From assembly GCA_040220235.1 (NCBI GenBank), contig JAVJTO010000164.1: 64,000 nt of DNA; one strand, 5' to 3'. The stretch is from Coleofasciculus sp. B1-GNL1-01 (GTDB taxonomy: Bacteria; Cyanobacteriota; Cyanobacteriia; Cyanobacteriales; Coleofasciculaceae). This document shows, piece by piece, positions 11,254 through 19,520 of the stretch (positions are counted from its first letter, which is position 1; every line of letters starts with the position of its first letter). The translations under genes were made by a program, and so were the position numbers. The notes under the pieces were generated by a model that worked only from the letters and a program-made list of their open reading frames with translations, was not told where the DNA came from and made no database searches.

Positions 11254-11474
11254 CCTTTTCTTGACGGTTTAGGGGCTACCTGTAGGGGCAATTCATGAAT
11301 TGTCTCTACAAGAAAGTAAATCGTAGGGGCGGATTTAGAGATTCTAGCTAGCTTGTCACCAATAACTGAACCACAAAACCCGCCCAAATTCAACCGATAT
11401 TTCCTGATTGAGGTGATACGTCTAAAAGGGTGGAATAAGTCGGTGGTAAACATTAAAGTTAACGGCTCTTATCG

Positions 11475-12569
11475 TCATTGGTCATGTGTAAGGGTTTGAG
11501 GATTGTTTACATCACTTAATAGAGTTGGGTTTATTTTCACTTCCGTTCGTTGTGCGATTGCATGAGCCAATTTTTCAAATTCTCGGTAGACTTTGCTCAC
11601 CGCTGATGTATGAGCGCCAATCGCCCCGTCAGCTGGTTTGAGGTGAAAGATTGGCTTACGCGCTTCCTGAGCCATGGGCATTAAACTCTGATAGTTTTTC
11701 AGTAAGGCTAAACAATGCCGATCATCAGCTACAGAAATATTATGAGTCAGGGGCTGATCTAATACATCTTCATGATAAACCGTTGGAATACGAGCAATCC
11801 AACGTTTGTACGCCTTCACTGGGCGGTCTAATCGGGCTGAATGTTGCAAAACCACGTACCCAATCGGCTGCATTTTGCCTTGGGGAAGCTGTAAATCTGT
11901 GGCTAAACCCTTCTTTCCTGGAGAACTTTTTTTGGCTAATCGTTCTTTCCATTCTTCGCGCCATATCCGCAATGTTGGACCCAGATTCCGTAACCCTTGC
12001 AACGAGAATAAATCCGGTGACAGCGGAACAACTACATAGTCGGCTGAAATTAGCGCCGCCCGATTAATTGCTCCCAAATTAGGACCGAGATCCAGTAATA
12101 TCACATCAGCGTTATGAGCTAAAGCTGCTTTTTGCATAATTCTCCAGAAGGCAGACATGACGCGAAACGCTCTTTCTTGACCCCCTCCACCTAAACAATT
12201 GGGCCACTGTGCTGAAAGCTCATCCTCAAAACCAGAAAGATATAAGTCTCCGACTAAAAGCCCTAAGTCTCCTCCAAAAAGCGATAACTGAGCTTCTTCA
12301 ATGAATTCCAGGTAGGGATTATCAATATCACCCGTTCCTTTTAATAGCGGTTGTATACAATCAAAAACTGTATGAGCATCCTTGCCTAACCAAAGTTCTT
12401 CCAATCGCTCCTCATCCAGAAAAGCAGCCGTCAGGTTAGCTTGAGGATCGAGATCGGCAGCAACAACTCGCAGCCCCATATCTTTATACATCCAGGCTAA
12501 GTGATAAACTAATGAAGTTTTACCCACACCGCCTTTGTTGTTGAAAAAAGCAATAATCGTTGTGTTCAT
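11475..12569 (-). CDS. ParA/Soj-family ATPase (long orphan type)
   Basis: FFNNKGGVGKTS deviant Walker A, DLDPQANLT, ILLDLGPNLG; start overlaps the upstream gene stop (ATGA). Confidence 0.9.
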   Translation of the reverse strand: MNTTIIAFFNNKGGVGKTSLVYHLAWMYKDMGLRVVAADLDPQANLTAAFLDEERLEELWLGKDAHTVFDCIQPLLKGTGDIDNPYLEFIEEAQLSLFGGDLGLLVGDLYLSGFEDELSAQWPNCLGGGGQERAFRVMSAFWRIMQKAALAHNADVILLDLGPNLGAINRAALISADYVVVPLSPDLFSLQGLRNLGPTLRIWREEWKERLAKKSSPGKKGLATDLQLPQGKMQPIGYVVLQHSARLDRPVKAYKRWIARIPTVYHEDVLDQPLTHNISVADDRHCLALLKNYQSLMPMAQEARKPIFHLKPADGAIGAHTSAVSKVYREFEKLAHAIAQRTEVKINPTLLSDVNNPQTLTHDQ

Positions 12570-13759
12570 GGTTTTTTCTTAAGTGTGACTAGTAGATGGG
12601 CATCTTCGACGACAAATTCTGGAGGTGGATTGCCGTTTTTTTGTAGTTCTTTGCGTGCCAATTGAATTCCGACTCCAAATCGCTGCACATAACCTAAGTT
12701 CTTCATCGCTTCGGCTAAATGAGGATTGCGGTAATCGGTTACACCGGGCTGACCAAAGTTTTGCTTAGTTACTTGACCAAACGGACCCCCAGGATTTTGG
12801 ATCTCGATCCGATCATTAAACCAGGTAATCCGAACAGGGGCGTATGTATTTTCATAAATGCGGTGCATTACAGCATTTCTTGCTAATTGTTGTAGCGCCA
12901 CAATGGGATAATCAGGTTGTCGCATTTCAATCGGCTGGGCGGTAATATCGGTTGCTATAGAAATATGAGCTTGAAGGGTTGCATCAAGTATTCGGAGTAA
13001 ATCAGGAAGTGAACCACCAATTTCCTTCTGATCTCTAATGGGATCGGTTAACTCGCTGCCATCAATACGTAGAAATTGGATATAGGCACCGGGAATAAAT
13101 TGTCGTGGATCACTACCAACAACTAAGACACTCAATACTGTTGGTTTGGGCTGGGGTTCAACTGTAGCAAAGCGCATTGAGGTGAGTTGTTGCTCAATAG
13201 AGCGTTCATTTTCTTCTAGGATGTCAATGGCTAAAGAGGAAGGCAAATAAACACGACGAAATAAGTCTAAATCTAGGTCATCTAAGCTAGCCGATGGTAG
13301 AGGTAGAATGTCAAACGGTAAATCCTTTGCCCGTCTTTTTTCCGCTAAACGACGCTCTTCTTGTTGTGTAGCTGTTGCTCGGCGCGGACCCACTCGAACC
13401 CAAACCCGTCCATTGAAGCGCACAGGTGGAGCATCAGATGGTTCTACGATGACAACCACTAATTCACATCCACTAATTGTTCGTTTCTGTACAATCAGAT
13501 CAGGAAAAGGTAAGATATTTCCATCAGATCGCATATCAGAGAGGGTTAGCAAAAGTTGGTCAGTAATTGACAAGTTTGCACAAGTTCCATCATTATTAAC
13601 ACCAATAAACAGAACTCCGGGTTGCTGGTGGTTAGGTAGGTCATTGGCAAAAGCACAAATAGCCTGACGAATAATATTTCGGTCAGATATTGAAGCTTTA
13701 CGTTCCACTCGATCCGATTCCAAATCATTTAGCAGAATTGCCAACTCCTGATCATTCAT
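12566..13759 (-). CDS. AlbA_2 (Schlafen-like) + HATPase_c_4 domain protein
   Basis: ESDRVERK...ICAFAN...GVLFIGVNNDG (AlbA_2); YP..ALQQLARNAVMHR, IEIQNPGG, YRNPHLAEAM, VQRFGVGI (HATPase_c_4/RecG C-terminal-like). Confidence 0.85.
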   Translation of the reverse strand: MNDQELAILLNDLESDRVERKASISDRNIIRQAICAFANDLPNHQQPGVLFIGVNNDGTCANLSITDQLLLTLSDMRSDGNILPFPDLIVQKRTISGCELVVVIVEPSDAPPVRFNGRVWVRVGPRRATATQQEERRLAEKRRAKDLPFDILPLPSASLDDLDLDLFRRVYLPSSLAIDILEENERSIEQQLTSMRFATVEPQPKPTVLSVLVVGSDPRQFIPGAYIQFLRIDGSELTDPIRDQKEIGGSLPDLLRILDATLQAHISIATDITAQPIEMRQPDYPIVALQQLARNAVMHRIYENTYAPVRITWFNDRIEIQNPGGPFGQVTKQNFGQPGVTDYRNPHLAEAMKNLGYVQRFGVGIQLARKELQKNGNPPPEFVVEDAHLLVTLKKKP

Positions 13760-14034
13760 TCAGCCCTCCTTAGTAATACTTTTAGCTTAACTCGTTGTTT
13801 CTATAGTAGTAGTCTTTGGCAGATACGGCTTTAAACCGTCTACCTGTTTGGAGTCGGTGCTGTCTTCGCCACTACCTTGAGGGTCAACTGAATATCGGGA
13901 TTTGAGCCAAATGCAGAAGATAAGTATACACTGGGTAGATCGGAAATTGCTGAAAACATTAGATCCGAGCGTAATCCAAGATATGATGCTCCTGAAAGCA
14001 AGGATCTTTAAATGGATTTGGAGAACTAAACTGA

Positions 14035-14307
14035 ATGAGTATTTGGATACTCGATACCGATCATGTTACGCTATTACTCCAAGGGAATCCAGATGTTTGT
14101 CGTAGGTTTAATCAACGTTATCCCAACTTGGCTACGACAATTGTCACCGTTCAGGAAATTTTCAATGGTTGGATTGTTAAGATTAATGACCCAAGTCAAT
14201 CATCAAATTTAGTTAAACTTTACCAAGTAAGTGAGGTACACAGACAGATCCCCGACTTCTTCAAGAAGTCGGGGATCTTGCTTAGAGACTGTACCTCATC
14301 AACCTGA
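14035..14307 (+). pseudogene. Truncated PIN-domain (VapC-like) toxin
   Basis: MSIWILDTDHVTLL...TTIVTVQEIFNGW is a PIN N-terminus; after about 14221 the frame runs into a palindromic repeat element and the C-terminal PIN motifs are missing. Confidence 0.75.
14232..14298. repeat. Palindromic REP/MITE; inverted copy at 28112-28162
   Basis: tgaggtaca...tgtacctca arms around agatccccgacttct-tca-agaagtcggggatct. Confidence 0.85.
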
Positions 14308-14380
14308 AATCTGCTGTATGTCTGGTTAGGGTTTGAGTGAGTGACAGAGAAAAACGCGATCGCACTCCAACTCCACCCCG

Positions 14381-15010
14381 TCATACCGCGTCACGCAACG
14401 CCTGTATATTTGAACCACAAATGGCGTTCAGATTACGGGTAATCTTCTCAATATCCCAGTTCCACCATTGAATTTCTAACAGTTCATCGATAACGTTATC
14501 GTCAAAACGCTTGCGGATTTCTCGCGCCGGATTTCCACCGACAATCGTATACGGTTCAACCGGGCGAGTTACCACTGATGCTGTGGCGATAATTGCCCCA
14601 TCTCCGATGTGAACACCGGGCATAATGGTGGCGGCATACCCAATCCAAACATCATTCCCAATTACTGTATCTCCTTTGTGGGGGAAGCTATCGGGCATAG
14701 CGACTTCCCAACCTGAACCAAAAATTGGGAAGGGATAATTTGTCAACCAATCGGTGCGATGATTTCCTCCATTCATAATAAATTTGACATCTGAGGCAAT
14801 CGCGCAAAATTTGCCGATGATTAGCTTATCGCCCTCAAAATCAAAGTGATATAAAACATTTCGTTCAAAGTTTTCGGGATTCTCGAAATCATCATAATAG
14901 GTGTAGTCACCAACAATAATATTCGGATTCTTGATAATATTCTTTAAGAAGACTAACCGCGTTTGGTCGGCTAATGGATATTTGCTGTGGGGGGAAGGTC
15001 CATAAATCAT
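14381..15010 (-). CDS. Vat/CatB-family xenobiotic O-acetyltransferase (hexapeptide repeat)
   Basis: NIIVGDYTYYDD, LIIGKFCAIA, NGGNH, YPF, KGDTVIGNDVWIG, IVGGNPA, WWNW. Confidence 0.92.
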   Translation of the reverse strand: MIYGPSPHSKYPLADQTRLVFLKNIIKNPNIIVGDYTYYDDFENPENFERNVLYHFDFEGDKLIIGKFCAIASDVKFIMNGGNHRTDWLTNYPFPIFGSGWEVAMPDSFPHKGDTVIGNDVWIGYAATIMPGVHIGDGAIIATASVVTRPVEPYTIVGGNPAREIRKRFDDNVIDELLEIQWWNWDIEKITRNLNAICGSNIQALRDAV

Positions 15011-15356
15011 GAGACATGCTAGCGACTAGACGTCACCACTACACCAATAAAGTCCGCCCGGGCGGACTGGAATGATCGAGAAAATAGATAACTCGGATTT
15101 GGTATAACGCGATCGCAGGTTCCGAGGCTAGTTCTTAATCAAATCTTAAGAGTTGCAGCCTTGAGTTTGATTCAATTGACTCTAACCTCTCTTGAACAAG
15201 AAATCCCCTTAAACCCTGGAGATAAATTTTGTCTGCTGTACTAAGAAATGTTAACAAGTCTCAAATCCTTACTGTTGCCTAATCTCAACCATTAACTTGA
15301 ATTTTGTCCGACGACTTAGGCAATATAATACAATAACTAAAATTGCTCTAAATTAT

Positions 15357-17996
15357 ATGGCTTTAACGCTTAAAATAGTTGAAGATACCCTCCTCAAACA
15401 GCGACCTGTCGATAGTAGTCAAATCTCTAACCCTGATGACCTTTATGGTCTGACGCAAGGGACAGAGTTAGCACTGCACAGTTGGGACCCTCAGGACGGA
15501 GAACCTCACCATATCCGGGTGGCGTTTGCCAACCACCTCTTCAACAACAAAAATACATGGTACGCCTTTACCGACCACATTCAGATTTGGGACGGTGAAA
15601 CTGTGGTATTACCCCCAGTGTCTCCCCCTGGTTCTACCGAAGTTCTGTTTAATGTGCGTTCCTGTTCCACCCATGTCGTGCGGGGACTGGATCAACAGGT
15701 GATTGATGAGATGAACTTCCTCACACCTGACACTCTGGTCAGTTTTGAAGACTTGAATGTGCGTCTGGGAAAAGCCGTGTGGCCCTTCCTCCAGCCTGGT
15801 GCTAAAGCCGCCCTGGGGCGGGCAATTCGCGATCGCGGGATTCCTCTTGTCGTCAACTCCGGATATCGTACCATCGCCCAACAGCTTATCCTCTACAATC
15901 ACTATCGAGGAGGTCGTCGCTGTGGGATTCAACTCGCCGCCCGTCCGCCTCGCAGTAATCACCAAAGTGGTTTAGCGATCGATATCCAAGATACCGATGG
16001 CTGGCGTCCCTTTCTAGAACGACATGGCTGGCGATGGTTGGGTCCGAGGGATTATCCTCACTTCGACTATATTCGCGGCGGACGTGATATTCGTAGCCTA
16101 GCGGTACGGGCGTTCCAACGGGTTTGGAATCGATACAATCCCCAGGATCGAATTGCTGAAGATGGGGGCTATGGACCTGCCACTGAACGGCGACTGAATC
16201 GGAGTATTATCGGCGGTTTTGGGGAAGTCTGGCAAGGCTTTGAAATCATTAAGTTGACAAGTCCCTACATGCATGGTGATGATGTCCGCAAAATCCAGCA
16301 AGCGTTAGCAGATGCCAAAATTGATGTTGGGGTAGATGGCGTGTTTGGACCAGGAACTCAAGCAGCAGTAAAGCTGTTTCAAAAGGCAAGGAACCTAATT
16401 ACTGATGGTGTGGTGGGACCCGCCACTCTGGTACAACTGGGATTTTTCGGCGCACCTGTGGTTATCTCACCGCCCGAACCTGAACCCAAACCCACTCCAG
16501 AACCTGAACCCGAACCCGAACCCGAACCAACTAAACCCACGCCTCCACCAGCCAAGGCTGTCGGGCGCATCCTTATTTCTGCGGGTCATGACCTTAAAGA
16601 TCCCGGCGTTGTTGCTTTAGGGACGACGGAAGCCGAGGAAATGATTCTCACTCGTAACGCCTTGGTGCAGGAACTCCAGTCACGAGGGGTTAATTTCCTT
16701 ACGGTACCCGATGATCTGGATCTGGGCGGTACAATCAAATGGATTAACGATCGCGTCCTGCCTGGGGATGTGGCGATAGAACTGGGTGGTAATGCCTTTA
16801 ATGGTTCAGTTCGGGGTACTGAAGCCTATTATATTGATGGAAATGAAGACCGCAAAGACGATGCTAAGTTGGTCTTAGAGGCATTCTTGGAGAAAGTCCC
16901 CGAACTGCGTTTACCCGGAAAACCCCTCTCTCGTGGTGTTAAACCGGATACCTTGAGTGCCAAAAATCAGCTTCCGTTTTGTCGGGAAGTCGCCGCAGCG
17001 TCGATTATCTTCAATCTCTGTTTCCTCGACAATCCCGAAGACTTAACCTTACTTCAAGAAAACCGCGATCGCTTTGCCCAAGGTTTAGCGGATGGCTTGT
17101 TGCAGTGGAGTGGTCAAACGGCAAAATCGGATCAAACGTCACCCCATTTCCGACTGATTAATATCAAAATTCAAAACTACGACCATGACGAAAAAGGGCT
17201 TCTGGTCAATGGGAATTCCTATATTCCGGCGGATCTGGTAGAGAATTTAGGTGTTGATCTGACTGTGGAATCGGATATTCGCCAAATCAGTTATGGCAAT
17301 GTCGTGTATGTAAAAGCGGTTGATCTCCAACCTTTTAATATTTCTGTCGGCTGGGATAGTGATACCAGAACGGTATTACTGAATACAGCCACTCAAACTG
17401 ATTTGGATGAATCGGACAAGATTATCTGGTTTGGCAATGCTACAGAAGCGGATTTGAAAGCCTTTCTCACCAGTAATAATGACAAAGCCCTGGATCAGTT
17501 CCCTGACATCCATACCATTTACATTGAAGAGGCGGAAAAAGAAGATGTCAATCACGACATTGCCTTTTGTCAGATGTGTCTGACGACCAACTTTTTACGC
17601 TTTGGCGGTTTATTACAACCGGAACAGAATAACTTTGGCGGTTTAGGGACAGCCAATAGTGATCCGGCGGGTGCATTTTTCCCGGATATCCGCACAGGTG
17701 TGAAAGCGCACATTCAGCATCTCAAAGCCTATGGAACGACTGCACCGATTGAACATCCGCCCATCGTCAGTCCTCGGTTCCAGTTCGTCTTACGCGGGAG
17801 TGCGCCTTCGGTGTATGACTTAAGTCGGCGCTGGAGTGCTGATCCGGAGTATGGGAATAAGATTATGGCATTGGTGCGGCGTTTACATGGTGTGGTGTCT
17901 GATGTGGAAGACACGCCTCAATCCTTCTTTATGCGTTTGAGTCATACGGTAGCGCCCATAGAAAATAACGGTAGCGATAGTCCTTGTGGGCTTTAA
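15357..17996 (+). CDS. Multidomain peptidoglycan hydrolase: M15 peptidase, PG-binding domain, Pro/Glu linker, Amidase_3-like domain, GH73 glucosaminidase-like domain
   Basis: SGYRT..QQ, SNHQSGLAID, DYPHF (M15); DGVFGPGT..AVKLFQ...DGVVGPAT (PG-binding); ILISAGH (amidase); AFCQMC..NNFGGLG..GVKAHIQHLKAY (GH73). ATG at 15357 preferred over 15297. Confidence 0.88.
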   Translation: MALTLKIVEDTLLKQRPVDSSQISNPDDLYGLTQGTELALHSWDPQDGEPHHIRVAFANHLFNNKNTWYAFTDHIQIWDGETVVLPPVSPPGSTEVLFNVRSCSTHVVRGLDQQVIDEMNFLTPDTLVSFEDLNVRLGKAVWPFLQPGAKAALGRAIRDRGIPLVVNSGYRTIAQQLILYNHYRGGRRCGIQLAARPPRSNHQSGLAIDIQDTDGWRPFLERHGWRWLGPRDYPHFDYIRGGRDIRSLAVRAFQRVWNRYNPQDRIAEDGGYGPATERRLNRSIIGGFGEVWQGFEIIKLTSPYMHGDDVRKIQQALADAKIDVGVDGVFGPGTQAAVKLFQKARNLITDGVVGPATLVQLGFFGAPVVISPPEPEPKPTPEPEPEPEPEPTKPTPPPAKAVGRILISAGHDLKDPGVVALGTTEAEEMILTRNALVQELQSRGVNFLTVPDDLDLGGTIKWINDRVLPGDVAIELGGNAFNGSVRGTEAYYIDGNEDRKDDAKLVLEAFLEKVPELRLPGKPLSRGVKPDTLSAKNQLPFCREVAAASIIFNLCFLDNPEDLTLLQENRDRFAQGLADGLLQWSGQTAKSDQTSPHFRLINIKIQNYDHDEKGLLVNGNSYIPADLVENLGVDLTVESDIRQISYGNVVYVKAVDLQPFNISVGWDSDTRTVLLNTATQTDLDESDKIIWFGNATEADLKAFLTSNNDKALDQFPDIHTIYIEEAEKEDVNHDIAFCQMCLTTNFLRFGGLLQPEQNNFGGLGTANSDPAGAFFPDIRTGVKAHIQHLKAYGTTAPIEHPPIVSPRFQFVLRGSAPSVYDLSRRWSADPEYGNKIMALVRRLHGVVSDVEDTPQSFFMRLSHTVAPIENNGSDSPCGL

Positions 17997-18083
17997 ACCT
18001 TACCCTGTTGAAAAGGAAATCGCGGCTAGACAAACCAAGTCCGCCTAGTGGTCTGTCAACCTTAAATTGACGGGTTGAGGAAC

Positions 18084-18365
18084 TGTAGGTTGGGTTGAGG
18101 AACGAAACCCAACTCCAGGTTAGTCTGTTGGGTTTCGCTATCGCAAAGACCCAGCCTACTTGAACTGTATAGCGCTACGCGCTGGGCAATGGGCAATGGG
18201 CAATAGGCAATAGTGAAGGAAAACGCTTACCTGATAAGGGATTGAGCGATTTGATGTTTTCTTGATATGTCCTAACGAGAGTGCGTAGTGCTATAACATT
18301 CGGTCAGGGCGGGTTTAGTCACATCTGGGTAAAAAAGAAATGATAATAGTGAAACCCGCCCCTAC
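18084..18365. repeat. Cluster of REP palindromes, a TATAGC-ended MITE (18168-18295) and STRR units
   Basis: gttgggttgaggaacgaaacccaac (inverted copy near 22611-22638), ggcaat(g/a) repeats, gggcgggttt...aaacccgccc. Confidence 0.75.
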
Positions 18366-18428
18366 AGGCGGAATGCCAAAAGCATCTCTACACTTCCCCA
18401 ATCCCTAATACTTATACCCAATGTGGGT

Positions 18429-18839
18429 TTAAGGCGAAAGAAGTCGATACTTCACGTTCACCACTTGCTCACTATCCAGGGATGATCCACCCGCCGAAAC
18501 CTCCAAATCGCTTAATTCTAAATGAGTGGAGGGGTAATCGTCTGAATCAGACGGCGATTCTTCAGCCGATAATTTTATGCCAAATAAGGAGATGGAGGGA
18601 GTTTCATTCTCAGATTCATTATCGGGTAATGCGACAGATGCAGGTTGAGATCTGGATGAAGCTTGAGGGAAAAATGTGGTGTTATCGTTTAGGCTACGAC
18701 TATCGAGTCCCTGTAGCGACTCACCTGATAGGGTGGCGTTGTCGGATTGAGAGGGTTCAATGGGCATAGCGCCGACGGTTGGTGTCAAGCCAGCGACAAG
18801 TACGCCAGCGCCTAAAGGGATGATTATTTTACGCATCAT
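18429..18839 (-). CDS. Hypothetical exported protein
   Basis: Signal-peptide-like N-terminus (MMRKIIIPLGAGVLVAGLTPTVGA) and Ser/acid-rich body. Confidence 0.7.
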   Translation of the reverse strand: MMRKIIIPLGAGVLVAGLTPTVGAMPIEPSQSDNATLSGESLQGLDSRSLNDNTTFFPQASSRSQPASVALPDNESENETPSISLFGIKLSAEESPSDSDDYPSTHLELSDLEVSAGGSSLDSEQVVNVKYRLLSP

Positions 18840-19520
18840 TACCGTTGTCCTCGGAATTGAATGGTTGATTTGGGTAGATACACCCAGTCAGTTGATCAAG
18901 TGGCGGTGAAGCATTTGGGGAAAAAATTTTGGACGAGTATTCTAATCGATGATCCGGCAAATGCTGAACTGATTTCACCGGGTTTGTGTATTATTAAATA
19001 CATTTTTTGGGAAAGTTTTTGCTCGTTTCCCATGAGATAAACTGACTTAATTCTAAACTTTAGCAATGTATTGAATCTAGCATATCTATCCAAAGGCAAG
19101 TCATCCTGCGATCGCGCCCTCATCCACACAACCCGTAGGGGCGGGTTTAGGGATAAACATTTGACATGTAACCGCTAACTATTCTACAAAACCTGCCCTC
19201 CCCGTTGCCATGGCGATTGAAATCGCTGCTACACAAACCAAGTCCGCAAGGTAAGGACTAGGTTATAACGGGGTAGCTAACCCGAATTTGGGATGAAAGT
19301 GCAACAGAACAAGACATGCGATCGCGCTTCCCATCGGTTTAATTCTGCGACAGATTCGCCATCCATCCAAATAATGTCCTATGTCCTCCAGACGCACCAT
19401 GGCGCATCTCTAAACCTTCTCCATCAACCTTGGCGAGGATAGCGATCGCTCTAACCCACCTACTCGAACTTTATCTCCTAAACTGACTCAATTAAACCAA
19501 TATCAACACCAGATAAACAC

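Noticed and set aside
11475..12569. Chromosome or plasmid partition locus
   Set aside because: No parB or parS seen; the gene is coupled to an AlbA_2 gene instead
13902..14105. Possible antitoxin upstream of the PIN gene
   Set aside because: No recognisable antitoxin motif, weak start, and extensive overlap with the PIN frame
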